Position numbers and translations under genes: made by a program. Below the pieces are notes generated by a model. It searched no databases. It was not told the origin of the DNA and was given only the letters and a program-made list of their open reading frames with translations. Shown piece by piece: positions 39,818 to 51,705 of a DNA stretch of 64,000 bases (positions within the stretch are counted from its first letter, which is position 1; every line of letters begins with the position of its first letter). Where the stretch lies: positions 15,286,948-15,350,947 of the forward strand of contig NC_092673.1 in NCBI RefSeq assembly GCF_964355755.1, written 5' to 3'. This DNA comes from Antedon mediterranea (Eukaryota > Animalia > Echinodermata).

Positions 39818-40571
39818 CGCCGTGGTTAGGATTCCGGCACCGGAACTCAACTGCCCACCGTTAGAGAATCCGACACGCTATTGCGCATGCCCAGAGCTCT
39901 GGGAAGTGAATTATAGCTTGCACTAAATAGTGCCACACCACACGGAGAGTCGGAGTGTTACAGGGATTTACTGTAGCCTAGATAGTCGTTGCGCGAGCGA
40001 GAGAGCGATGGATGAAACTTGGCCTATGCCATACATGAATTAATAATTAAAATATGACTACGCCACGCGTTAAAATAATTATAATGATATTAATAAGTAT
40101 CAGTATCTATCTAAGAATCGTAATGCTGTTTTTAGCGTTGCGACCCTGACTTTCCGAACAGTTTTTTCACATCCACGCGGTGGCTGCCGTCAACAAATCA
40201 ACTTGTGATTGCATGTTGTATATGTACAGTATAATGCGTTATGAAAAATCATAAAACTAGTCATGTAATTATATAATTCATAATGATATGAATTTTATAT
40301 ATGAATGAAGCAACCACTTTTTAATTACAAAATAATTACTATAGGCCCACTGGTCACGTAGTCTAACTGGTAGCCCTAGCCTAGATTAGTGGATCCCATA
40401 TTAGTAGGCATCTAGGCTAGTTCGCCGTGTGGCGCAGCTAGCTATGAAATAATCCATCGCTGTTGATAAGTATAGAGTCGCCGATTACCTCGCTCTGGGC
40501 ATGCGCAATAGCGTGTCGGATTCCCTAACGCTGGGCAGTTGAGTTCCGGTGCCGGAATCCTAACCACGGCG
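39818..40571. mobile_element. MITE with ~80-bp near-perfect TIRs and 8-bp TSD
   Basis: CGCCGTGGTTAGGATTCCGGCACCGGAACTCAACTGCCC...GCATGCCCAGAGC is inverted at 40492-40571 (2 mismatches); flanks AAGTTATA / AAGTTCTA. Confidence 0.88.
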
Positions 40572-40597
40572 AAGTTCTATCACACTGTAGCCTATTA

Positions 40598-41364
40598 GGC
40601 GCTACTGCAGTTTCGCACCACACTGTTAAATCTTCGATTTATCACTTAATTTTTTTCTCACACCCACATCATACAATTTCAGGCCATTATGTAACATGTT
40701 TCCATGATTTAGCCACCGTTATATTTACCTTTATCACAATAAAAAATGCCTTTCAAAACAGCTCCATTTCCGCGAATACCTCGATCGAACTGTGGCCATT
40801 TTAGAATCAGAAAATTGCCAGAAATCAATGTATGTTTTATTTTCTGTTTTATTTTTAAACTGCAAAGAGTGGTTTTTATAAAGAACCAGCTAGCTGTACA
40901 TATCAAAACGGCGACGATATGAGTCTGTACATAAAACATTGATAGGACCTATTATTAATATGAATAATAATACTAATATTAATAATAAAATATTAATTAA
41001 ACCTCTCTTTCGCCAGCTGAAAATATTTCTTGCCTTTCAAAACTAAATAGGCCTAGACCTATATATGTGTAATCGGATTTTATAACACTGGCCTCTATAG
41101 TTTCTACATTTTTTGGGGAAAATGAAGCATACATTCTGGCAATTAAGTGATAAATATAAGATGGCGAACATTTCGCAGTGTGTTGACATCGAGTTCAGTA
41201 TTGTTTAAAATGTTTTGAAAAGTATTGTTATTTAAAAAAAATTACTTCGTAAGTGGCCGAATCGTATAAACATGTTACATAATATTATGTTGTGAGTGTG
41301 AAAAAGAAAAATTTAGGTGAGAAATCGAAGATATAACGGTGTGGTGCGAAACTGCAGTAGCGCC
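40598..41364. mobile_element. MITE with GG..CC termini, long TIRs and 8-bp TSD (Merlin-like)
   Basis: TIR GGCGCTACTGCAGTTTCGCACCACAC.GTTA.ATCTTCGATTT; flanks GCCTATTA / GTCTATTA. Confidence 0.85.
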
Positions 41365-41375
41365 GTCTATTATAT

Positions 41376-41469
41376 GAGTGTCTCGAAAACAGAGACCTCG
41401 AAAACAGAGACCCGAGACCCAGGGTCTCTGTTTTCGAGAAAATCTCGAAAACAGTTTTCGAGACACCCC
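41376..41469. mobile_element. ~94-bp mini-MITE with 9-bp TSD
   Basis: GTGTCTCGAAAAC ... GTTTTCGAGACAC with internal CTCGAAAACAGAGAC repeats; CTATTATAT on both sides. Confidence 0.75.
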
Positions 41470-41879
41470 CTATTATATAGGCCTAGGATAGGCCTAGAGC
41501 AAAAATTAAATACGGAAATACATACAACACAAGAATATTAACAATCAAATCAATCACATTTATTCATAAATCGAGAGTATTTGGTAAGAAATTCTTAAAA
41601 CCAGTAGTTTTAATTAGGGGAAAATTATGATAAAATCAGAAAAATCTAATTAACCTTTTTAATTAAAATCTTAATTTACGCAAGAAAAGCATATGGCACA
41701 TTATTTTATATAACACAAAAGCTAATCGGGCCCAATGCTAAGACGATCGGGCCCAACATGGTTCTGAAAATACTGGACGATCGGACCAACTGATAAGACG
41801 ATCGGGCCCAACACATAAGACGATCGGGACCACAAAATGTGGGCCCGATCATCTGTTCCCCGAGTATATAGTAGTAGGC

Positions 41880-42180
41880 GAGCTAACCTTGCTTGGCCTA
41901 CTAACTAGAGGCGGCGCTGGGATTTGGCATGAATATACTACAGGGACGTCCTCAAAGCTATAGAGCCGGATTTTTTAATTTCAAACCGGATGCAGCCATA
42001 TGACGTCTCGAAGATGGTACCATATAGCCATATAAACTATTTGGTAGCGAGGTTATTGATGTGTATGTGACGTCACATCCCGTCTTACAGCTTCTTTTGC
42101 TGTACCCCGAGTATCGCACATTCGTGCTTGTTCTTTCCAGAAACAAGTTAAAATCAGTTTAAAACTTTTCATTCGTCACA
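41880..42180. promoter_or_regulatory. Putative bidirectional TRNT1/ZFYVE27 promoter with a CRE palindrome
   Basis: Locally CpG-rich non-repeat segment between the divergent genes; ATGTGACGTCACAT (full CRE TGACGTCA) at 42065-42078; candidate minus-strand donor AAG|GTTAGC at 41887. Inference. Confidence 0.45.
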
Positions 42181-42194
42181 ACGCATCAACAATA

Positions 42195-42685
42195 GGGAGT
42201 TTTCGCAAGAGCACGTAAACGTCAATTTTAACGGATGATGTCTAGCGTAGTTCAGCCTACAGTTGTGCAACATACTTGTTCTTTTTTTATTTCACGCAAC
42301 GCATGTGTCGCACATGCAACATACGCTGCTTTCGATTAAACAAATCATGGACATGGCATGGGCCTAGATACTACAGTAGGCCTAATTAAGCTTGATTAAT
42401 CATGCATATTGGCTGATAAATAGGAAAATTTCAATGTACCATTAGTTTTCTTAATAATTTTGCAGAAATGTGATGATTCTTCTTCCATGTTTCGATACCC
42501 TTCGGTTAACGTTTTTTGTTTTATTCATAATTTTTCAGAAATAAGGTTCTCAACGTACAGAGCTATATTTTTCGTAATGCTTGCGTACATGCAGATCTAT
42601 TTGTTTACAAAGTGGGCGGAGTTTGCATGTTGCATGTAGGGAAATAGCGTTAAAGTTAACATTATGTGCTGCTGTGAAAACTCCC
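42195..42685. mobile_element. TA-flanked MITE with GGG..CCC termini (Harbinger/ISL2EU-related)
   Basis: TA-GGGAGTTTTCGCAAGAGCACGTAAACGTCAA ... GTTAACATTATGTGCTGCTGTGAAAACTCCC-TA. Confidence 0.75.
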
Positions 42686-43316
42686 TACTAAAAACAACAA
42701 AACACCACTTATCACGGAGTCTTCAGTTTCGGAAAAAACATAAATCAGTATTTTGACTGTTTTTTATATTAAAAAATGAATAAAACGTACAATTAAATTA
42801 ATTAAATATCACAATAACATTATGGTATATTATGTTAGCATGTAATAATTTATGTCATAAAAACCTACCGGGCAATACCGGGTAAAGATTAGCATGACCC
42901 CTTTCTCAAGCTCCTGTTGCCCTTCAAAGTCTAGTTTGCTAAAAGAATCAAAGTCCACACAATGATAATGTGATCAATATAAGCTGGTAGGCCAACTAAA
43001 AAAGGCTGGTGGTGGGATGAGGCCTGAACATATTAATTATATTTATTAAAATTAAATATTATACATTAAATGTTTAAAATTGAATGAAGAATACGATAGA
43101 TATACTGTATTCCATTGACTGTAAATTGTTTTCTTCGTTTAATAATGAATAATGAATTCAGCCTAATCATAAAAATACTTAATGTTAATGTTATATGACA
43201 TACAATAAACTTTATTTGTCAAAAATATAATAATAGCCTTCCTTTGGCAAGATAGATATTGAAATACATATAAATTCTTTTAAAATACTGTAATTAAATG
43301 TACTGTCTCTTTTCAG

Positions 43317-46300
43317 ATGGAACAATATAACATTGTAACGTTAGTTAGTAGTTACAGACGAATACAAAGTACAAGTTGGCTGTTGCAGCTTTCAGCTCAA
43401 GTTATTCTACACATCGTCAGGTATATTTGATTCATGAATATGTATGAGCATGTACAGTATATAATATTGCAGTCACGAATCCTCAAATGCCCCCAACCGC
43501 TATGATTACATGGTTTGTATACAATATATGGTAATTACAGTCACAAACCACAAATTCCCCCACTCTTTCTCCCTATGATGATAATGTATGTACAATATTT
43601 AATCTTTATATTTCAGGTGGAATAATCCTTTGTTATCTCTTACATCGTGGATGATTCTGTTTGCAGTATCATTGACAGCTACCCGCCGTAAGCTAATTCT
43701 ATAAATATATTCAAATTATAATAAATTAGAAAGTTGCAATGTTTTCTTTTGGTTTTTGGTGACCCCCAATGGAAATAAGTTTTTTATTAAACTTGCTTGG
43801 ATTATCCTCAGTTCACTTTTTTTTTTGTTCAATGTTTGTCTGTCTGTAAAATTGAATGAACTGAAATAAAATGTTTATATTACAGGCAATTATTTTACAA
43901 ATGGTATTGTTCTATTAATTGCATTACTAAATCTCTGTAAAGGACCATTCACACTAGGACGATAACGATCGACGATAATAGACAATAACTTGCATTTTTC
44001 ATACATAAAATAAAAGAAATATAAAACCTTTTCATTCTAGAACTATAGAATAACCATCTATGCTTCCTTTGATGAAAATTATATTTTCACACGTCCAATC
44101 AAATGACATCATGATTAGTAAGAGCAATAATATCGTGACGATACAACGATTTTATTGTTTTTATTTATTATGACGTCATTTGATTGGAATTTTAAAAATA
44201 TTATTTTTATCAAAGACAGCATAAATGATTATCCTATAGTCCTAGAACGAAACCCTTTCTAATTTCTTTTGTTTTATGTTAAAAAAATGCATGCTTATAT
44301 ATTTATCGTCGATTGTTATCGTCCTAGTGTGAATGGGCCTTAAAGCTGTCTACACTATCAAACTAGTTTGACAAAAAAAGTGTGATGTGCCCATGGTAGT
44401 GATGTGAAATCATCATGTCCATATCTGGACACATCAAATTTTGTTGTCAGTTTGATAGTGTAGACTGAGCAAATTCAGTACTATGTAATGTAAAAATACA
44501 ACTTTTAACATGGTGATCCCAATTTAATTATTTGTTTACTTGTTTACTTGTTTCCGGAGCTCAGCAATGCTGGGTCCGGAGTCGAGGCTAGGCTATGCCT
44601 ATAAGCCCCTCTTGATAATTAATCAACTCTTGAATATGGCGCAAATTTAAGAGGGTGGTTGGACCATGCCCGTTCAAGACCGGACTTAAATTGATTGGTT
44701 GATCTTGAAGCTACTACATTAATAGGTTTTGTATCTTAACAGAACAAGTTCTTGTTTGGAGTATATCATGCATCTTGTCAACAGCAGTAATTGGTGCACT
44801 TATCCGTTTATCACAAATCAAAACTACTCAACATTTGAATAAAAGGAGAAAAGAGAATAATACAGAACTACTAGACACTACTGGGTAAGATATTCTACTC
44901 ATTACTTTTGATACATTATCGATAACGTTTATAAATAAGACTTCAATGCAATAGTGCTGCTCCAAACACCTTTCTGTATTCATTATAAATCCTACATTAT
45001 TATTATAATGACTGCATTATTATATTACATTTCAAGGTCATCATATGATTCTAAAACAGCAACATTATCAGACGAGGAGAAGAAACAGATATTATTTGAA
45101 AGCCGCCGCTTGTTTTTAGATGCTCAAGACTTATTTCTGTGGCTAAATAAGGCAACTGATGATCTGTATTGTTTACTTATTTGGTATAATGTTTACTTAT
45201 CTAGTTTGTAAGTATTATATAGTTGTTATAAATGTATTCATTTCCTTTATTGTAATCTGTAATATTCAACTGCATGTTGAGCTCTGTCTACACTATCAAA
45301 CTAGTTTGAAAAAAAAACTGTGATGTGGCCAAAAATGGTAGTGATGTGCCTAAAAATGGTAGTGATATGTCCAAATATGAAAGTGATATGACATCATCAT
45401 GTCCATATATGGGCACATCACATTTTTTTTTTGTCACATAAATTGTTATAGTATAGGCAGAGCTTAAATCTCTGTCTACACTATCAAACTACAAAAAAAA
45501 TGTGATGTGCCAAATATGGTAGTGATACAGTATGACATCATCATGCCATATATGGGCACATTACATTTTTTGTCACATAAAGTTTGATAGTGTAGACTTG
45601 TTGCAGTTGATGAACAGAAGTAGTTGACAATTGATACATTGTATTGTACACACCTTACAAGAGACTACTTTCCCTTACTTGAAACAGTAGTGGACAATAC
45701 AAGTTGACATTTTAACTTAAGTCATCATCTATGTATTAATCTACTTTCAATATGTCCAAAGGATAGTTTGGAATTAAACTGACAGCTAAATATCTAATCT
45801 GAAGCACTGTGGTTGTTGAAATTCTAAACCACAACTTACCGTCTATGCCATGAGCAGTTGTTGTGAAGGAGCTTTCAAGTGTTGTTGCTCTCCATACTTG
45901 AGTCATTTATTTACCACATTTATTCGAATAAATGCCCCGCTTTGAATTAACGACTCCCTCGAATAAATTCTCCCATAAAACATCATTTGGAATAAACTCA
46001 AATAATGCCTGCGGCTATTATTTTTTTCTTAAAATAAACACCCAACCACATGCATTACACGCAAGAATGTATTACAACACATTTCTATTTGTAGTAGAAT
46101 TCATTGAATTCCATGATCTATAAATTTACCAATCATTTTGATAAAATTTTTACTGTATTTTATCACATTTATTTAGGGAGAATTGTTTTCATACAATAAT
46201 ATTACATTTAAAAAAAACACCTACCTCTATTAAACGACTCCCTCGAATAATAAACGCCCCGCGGCATTTATTCGAATATATACGGTTTCTAACATTCATC

Positions 46301-48547
46301 ATATATTTTAAAATTCCATGCTAATCATGTAAAATAGACTTATCCTATATTTTGTGGCAATAGTCTAGTATCCGTGATGCTCAAAAAATAGATAATTCCA
46401 TAAATAGAAAAGTCAATTTTTAACCCAATTATCATTAACATGTTATTTCATCGACTGACTTTGACATTTCAGATTCAGACATTATCCTTTTGCAGACCAT
46501 TAAACAAACCATTAATTCACTGATGTGTACTAAATGATATGTTTTTAGGTTTTATGGTGCATGTTTGTTGGCAATATTAGCATTTTTTCTTCTTCCTAAC
46601 CAATTGAGTGGAGCTGTTTTAGTTTGCAGTTTATTTGCAATTAATAGAGGATTTTACTGCTGTTTATTATCTGCGTATACTAGCATTTACAAGTTTGTTG
46701 AAAAAAGGGAAAAGGTAATATTTGTATATTTCACTGTTTATAATTGGACTGAATTTCAGTTTTGTCAAATACATACCTGTTTATTGTTTACTGTTTATGA
46801 CTAGTATAATCCCACCCCAACTAGGCAAATTCATACATATATAATTTAACATTTTCAACATTTTGTCTTCAGCCTTCAACAGAGTCAATACAAGAATTGT
46901 CTACTCCAGTGGATGTAAGTTAATATTTATTTATGAACAAAACACTCCAGTATATTGTAAATGATGACCAATGCTTTTACACACAACAATACAGTAAAAC
47001 CTTAAAAAGAAGCCCATTTTGACAATAAGCCCCCTCTGTGGTTTGCAAAAGTAATCTTGAAAAGAAGCCTATCTTAAAATTAAGCATGCTGGGCTTATTT
47101 TCAAGATAGTATGGGCTTCTTTTTGATATAGACTGTATTTGAAAATCAAAGGAATAGAAATGTATGACCGTGTTATCGTACGGTATCAATATATACATGA
47201 TCTTACAACCCTTTACTTATCTCAACCATCAAGTCTCATATATTAATTCTACAATTATTGTAAAGATTTCATCTTGTACAGTATCGACCTGTCTGCTTCC
47301 TTGGTTAATATATAAAATTGGCAGGGAATGTCTGAAAATCATATTGTAGAAACAATTCACAAAATTTACATATTCATTTTGAAAAGAAACCCCCTCTTCA
47401 GTTTGCAAAAGTAATCTCGACAAAAAGCCCATCTTGAAAAGAAGCCCACTCAAGACTCCTAAAAAGAAGAAGCCCATGGGTAATTTTACGGTATATTTAT
47501 TTATATGGAAACAAAGTACTGACATTTTATCAGGGTTTTTTATCCTTTTTTATTTTGGTACCAGTCTGATGTAGAATGTAACTCAGACACTGAATCAATG
47601 TACAATGAAACAAAAGAAGAACATCTATCAAGAACAAACATAGATGAGAAAGGAGATGAAAAAACAAAAACCAACAAGCCTCCTAGTTGCATCCTGTGTA
47701 ACACTGTCTTTACTTCCGTTTTAAAGAGAAGAGTAAGTTTTTACAATCTCCGACCATTCTAGCTTTTCATAAAAATTGTTACTTGTCGTATAAAACCAAA
47801 GCTGTTCTTTTTCTTAGCGGTATTGTCGCTATTGTGGAAACCAATTCTGTCCAAAATGCTGCTTCAAGAAGATCCCACGCTCATCATTTGGTGCAACTTG
47901 TAAGTTTAATATTTATTAGTCATCAATTAAGTTCATTTTAGCTGATACAGTATATACAGTCAAACTCGCCCAATACCGGACACCTTTGGGCTGGCCTAAT
48001 ATGTCTGGGTTTCCGGAAAGTATGGTATTCGGAATGTGTTTTTAATGGTAAAACTGAATTTGGGACCTTTTGGACCTCAAGAAAGGTCTAGTTTTGGGAG
48101 AGTTTCCAGTTTCAGAGAGTCAGGTATTGGGAAAGTCGACTGTATATGAAAATAGCTAGTAAATGAAATCTGATATGCTACAAGAAATGAAATAGTGTAA
48201 GATTCAAACATAAATGCTTCAGGTCATAGGAAGGCATATATCAACTTTCCGATTAAATTTTTGTGTACAGATTACAAATTGGCCAAGTAGAGGGTTCCCC
48301 GGTCTACTAGTACACACAACCACTCACTCACAGCCACTGATCATAACTCAGCCCTCTGGCAGACCAGCTTTTAACTGAAGATATCGCCCAGTATAAATAA
48401 ATAATACATTTACCGATAACTATTACCTATAATTCGTAAAATCATTCATTCTTTACTTCAGCCCCAGCTGCTCAGAGTGCAAAGGAACTGGTGTGCAATC
48501 AATGTTACTATTTCTTAACTGGTGAACAAGTGACACAGTCAAAGTGA
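43317..48547 (+). CDS. ZFYVE27: Protrudin (ER membrane FYVE-domain protein), 9 coding exons: 43317-43420, 43617-43687, 44743-44884, 45037-45207, 46549-46714, 46873-46914, 47565-47732, 47818-47899, 48462-48547; ~343 aa
   Basis: Spliced product MEQYNIVTLVSSYRRI..VRWNNPLLSL..LLIWYNVYLSSLFYGACL..LLP..CILCNTVFTSVLKRRRYCRYCGNQFCPKCCFKKIPRSSFGATSPAAQSAKELVCNQC matches recalled protrudin segments (LVLSYKRL, LRWQMPLCSL, SQFYGAL, VPKSSMGATAPEAQ..VCASC). All GT-AG phases are consistent. The ATG directly follows an acceptor, so an upstream exon probably exists. Confidence 0.88.
43941..44340. mobile_element. Harbinger-type foldback MITE (400 bp, palindromic over most of its length)
   Basis: TIR AGG(A/C)CCATTCACACTAGGACGATAAC; TAA TSD (43938-40, 44341-43); internal arms also inverted (CCAATCAAATGACATCAT / ATGACGTCATTTGATTGG). 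Confidence 0.9.
44344..44470. mobile_element. Small Harbinger-like MITE (AGCTCTGTCTACACTATCAAAC family)
   Basis: TGTCTACACTATCAAACT ... AGTTTGATAGTGTAGAC; abuts the foldback element through a shared TAA. Confidence 0.8.
45280..45597. mobile_element. Two tandem copies of the AGCTCTGTCTACACTATCAAAC MITE (45280-45464, 45468-45597)
   Basis: Same TIRs, internal ATATGGTAGTGAT repeats; separated by TAA. Confidence 0.82.
45914..46285. mobile_element. Tc1/mariner-like MITE, inverted relative of 34973-35442
   Basis: TA-CCACATTTATTCGAATAAATGCC ... GGCATTTATTCGAATATATACGG; shared internal ACATTTCTATTTGTAG.AGAATTCATTGA. Confidence 0.75.
46992..47491. mobile_element. TA-flanked MITE with AAGAAGCCC repeats
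   Basis: TA-CAGTAAAACC ... ATTTTACGG-TA; repeated AAAAGAAGCCCAT and GTTTGCAAAAGTAATCT; relative at 49354-49606. Confidence 0.65.
47957..48142. mobile_element. Tigger/pogo-like MITE (186 bp)
   Basis: TA-CAGTCAAACTCGCCCAATACC ... GGTATTGGGAAAGTCGACTG-TA. Confidence 0.82.
48279..48407 (+). repeat. Possible SINE 3' fragment
   Basis: GC-richer intronic segment ending in a TAAATAAATAATA tail; resemblance to SINE core/tail sequence is from memory only. Confidence 0.3.
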
Positions 48548-49353
48548 TCTTATCAGGGGTTAGTGAGTAAGGACGTGTTGGACGTTGGATTACTGATCAT
48601 GAGTTTAAATCCAACTCTCGCCGCATTGCTTGCAAAAAACTTGTACTTGTGTTTGCCTATCTCCACCCAAGTGTATAACTGGGTACCCGGTTAAGTCAAG
48701 ACACTGCATTATGGGAGTATGTTTCCATACGTGTTTAATTTTAATGACCGGGATAATAATGTGATGCGCACAGTAGGATTGTGCAATAAGCACATAAGAA
48801 CAGACACTATTATTATGTATGTGTATTGAAAGAAACATAACGTAACACAACTGTTTGCAATTTTAACACTTTGTTATTGAAGACACTTTTATATCTTGGT
48901 TCACTGAACATGCAGATGAATGATGATATTTAAAACTGTGTCGTTGAAGCTTGTTTGTTTTTGTTGTTGAATTGGCAAACATGTTTGCTTGTAGGATTTG
49001 ATAACATTATTATGTTAGTGTTATTGCTTAAAATTGAAAACTGTTTTTATAGATTAAAAGAAAAACGAACAAACCAAAATAATAATTATTTTTTTAATTG
49101 TGTCAATCATGAATATTAAGTAAACTCAACATTCCCACCGAAATAGTGCACTTAATCTGTTAAATACAGTAGACTATAGAGGCAACAAATATGGTAGAAA
49201 TATCCATCTAACTTTAATCGACCGTAATATTAAGTACTTAATAATTTGTAGCACCATACATCAATTTATTTCATATTTTGTTAGTATTTATGGAATAGGA
49301 CTAAATATAGGTAGACATTGTAAGTATTTTTAACATTCCTAATCAATACAGTA

Positions 49354-49606
49354 CCGTAAAACCTCGTTTTTTGTTTTGGGCTTCTTTTCTAGATAGTTTG
49401 GGCACAACAATCCAGTCTTATATATTTCTCCTACAGTTTGTTGTTTTCCAATATATCTTCGGAGTGCATCTTGTATTTTCTTGTCTGTTCTTATTTTAGT
49501 AGCATTTCGGAAAAAATAAGCCCCCTTTTTCAGTTTACAAAGATAATCACGAAAACAAGACCACACAAAAAGCAGAAGCCCATGGGCTTCTTTTGAGGTT
49601 TTACAG
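49354..49606. mobile_element. MITE related to 46992-47491
   Basis: TA-CCGTAAAACCTC ... GAAGCCCATGGGCTTCTTTTGAGGTTTTACAG. Confidence 0.65.
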
Positions 49607-50704
49607 AGTATCTATATATATACATATATATAAAAATTCATCCTATGAGTTTAGTTATTTTACTTGGTACAGGATAGCATCTGTGGTTTGACAATACCCT
49701 ATTATGAAAATGGTATGATCCGTTGCTGGAGTGTCGAACTTTTTCTATATACATAATTGATAAATGTCAAATGTTGAACAATAGGGCATTAAAATAATCC
49801 AAATTCTCTTAGGCCATATGTCGGTGGATTCAGAGCAGTTACTTAACATCAAAATGTCAACTAAACTTTATACTGCAGCAATATAAATTAGTGCAATTAT
49901 TACTGAAGGAATGGAATATTAATTATTTTAATATTGAATCTTGAATCTATCTATAAAAGTTATTTTGTACATTAAATAGCATAAATATTAACTCATGTTT
50001 TAATGATGTAACTAGAAAAGAAGTAGAGTAAAATGTTTTATTCATTTGTTAATCTTTACTAATGACTGTGCAATTAAATAATTATAGTTTATTCTGTTGT
50101 TGGCATTTTTTATTTGACTGTTCACACTGCGCTTATGTAGACATCACACTCTTCAATTCCCCACGATCACAACATTCCAGCTGAGCAAACAACAAATCTG
50201 ATCTATTCGAAATTTATAGGTCCATGATTCAAATAACCTTACCCCGCCCCATAGAACATAGTTTTTTAAATAAAAGCCTCCCTAAATTAAACAATATTGT
50301 ATTATTTCAAATTTAAATTTATTAACGCCTCCCTCGAATAAATTCCACTTAAAAACCATCCCCTTAACCTAACCTTACATGATACGGACACCACATATGA
50401 TATAAATGAGATGCTGTATTAGCCCCGGGGCGTTTATTCGAATAAAGAATAAATCTAGTAGGCCTAGACGATAAAATTAGGCATAATATAGAGAATAACA
50501 TTGTAATAAGCAACTGTCTACACACGGATTTTGTCTCTATATAGTTATAGTTGGAAGTATTTTGTTTTGTTTTCTATGAGTAACTAAACTGTGTTCATTG
50601 TGTTTCATGTTTCAATAAAAAGTACTACATTGTTTACAAGAGCTATAGGGCTATTCCTACTAGTAAATGTTGCGTTATTAAAAGTATAATTTAAACATTC
50701 TATT

Positions 50705-50938
50705 CCAATTTTTATTTGTAGTAGAATTCATTACAGTTTACCAAGACTTTTGATTTGATTACTTCTCGAAATTAGGTTAATTATGTTTTTTGTTTCATAT
50801 CTCGGGGGTATTTATTTGATTATACATGTTACCATATTACACACAAAAAATAAATGCCTTCCCCAAATAGCCTACACTCCTTCCTAAAAACCCTACTGAT
50901 CAACAAACGCTCCGAGTCGTTTATTCGAATAAATACGG
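50705..50938. mobile_element. Partial copy of the CCGTATTTATTCGAATAAA MITE family
   Basis: Ends GTTTATTCGAATAAATACGG-TA; internal TTTGTAGTAGAATTCAT and GGGGGTATTTATTTGATTAT shared with the other copies. Confidence 0.65.
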
Positions 50939-51705
50939 TACGATACATGTAGACAATTGTTGTAAACCATTTCTACAGCTAGGCGCAATATGCCCCTATA
51001 CAGTACAAAATGTCGTCACAAGGCATCCGATACAACATAGATTTTAATGTATTATTTATATAACACATACACCCTACAGCCTACATTTCAGATATACTGC
51101 AGGCCATTCATGGGCTTTCTACACAAACAACCTATTCGCAACATTAATCACAATTTGCATAATCATAATTATGTAAGTATGTTACCAAACCGTAGATTAA
51201 ATGAAATTCAAATTAAATATTCATGGTAAAAAGTTATTTTTAGTCGTTTTTGATCTGTATGCACGAACATAATGTAACATTTGAAGCCACAGGGTATAAT
51301 AGAATCAAATAAATATGGAAAGCGAATACAGTTCGTGCGACACGTTTAGTTCTTTTAAGAACTAAATTAAAATTAATAATAATAATAATAACTTTATTGT
51401 TTCTCTTTTATAACAGAGGCACAATTCTCAAGAGATGTGCAACAAAATAAAATAAATATGGACTTATCTTAATACACAATCAAATACAACTATTTGTAAA
51501 ATATTATTACATTAAAAAGTATATAAACATTATGTTATAAAAATACATTTAATACATTTGAGCGAAAAGTAAAAGATTGTGTTATGGAAGGATACTATAA
51601 ATGTCGTTGCGTTCTTTCCATGCAGTTGTGCTATGCATGTTAAACTATTCAATAATCCTATTTTTACTCGTTTTATTTCCTTTTTTTTCACTCTTTCCTA
51701 CTTAC

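Larger units (their letters stand above)
39570..41861. mobile_element. Non-autonomous DNA transposon with GACGATCGGGCCC subterminal repeats and 9-bp TSD (MULE-like), hosting three nested MITEs
   Basis: Imperfect 23-bp TIR GGTTATCAGACGATCGGGACCAC / GTGGGCCCGATCATCTGTTCCCC; TSD GAGTATATA at 41862-41870 and, displaced by 15 nt, at 39546-39554. Confidence 0.72.

Noticed and set aside
43886-43936. Candidate extra ZFYVE27 exon (TACAG|GCAAT...CTCT|GTAAAG)
   Set aside because: Inclusion creates T+AA stop at the next junction, and the donor is partly formed by the MITE insertion site; at most a poison exon.
45184-45189. Alternative ZFYVE27 donor TG|GTATAA
   Set aside because: The GTAAGT donor at 45208 is stronger, has the same phase and restores the WYNVYLSSL segment that aligns to protrudin.
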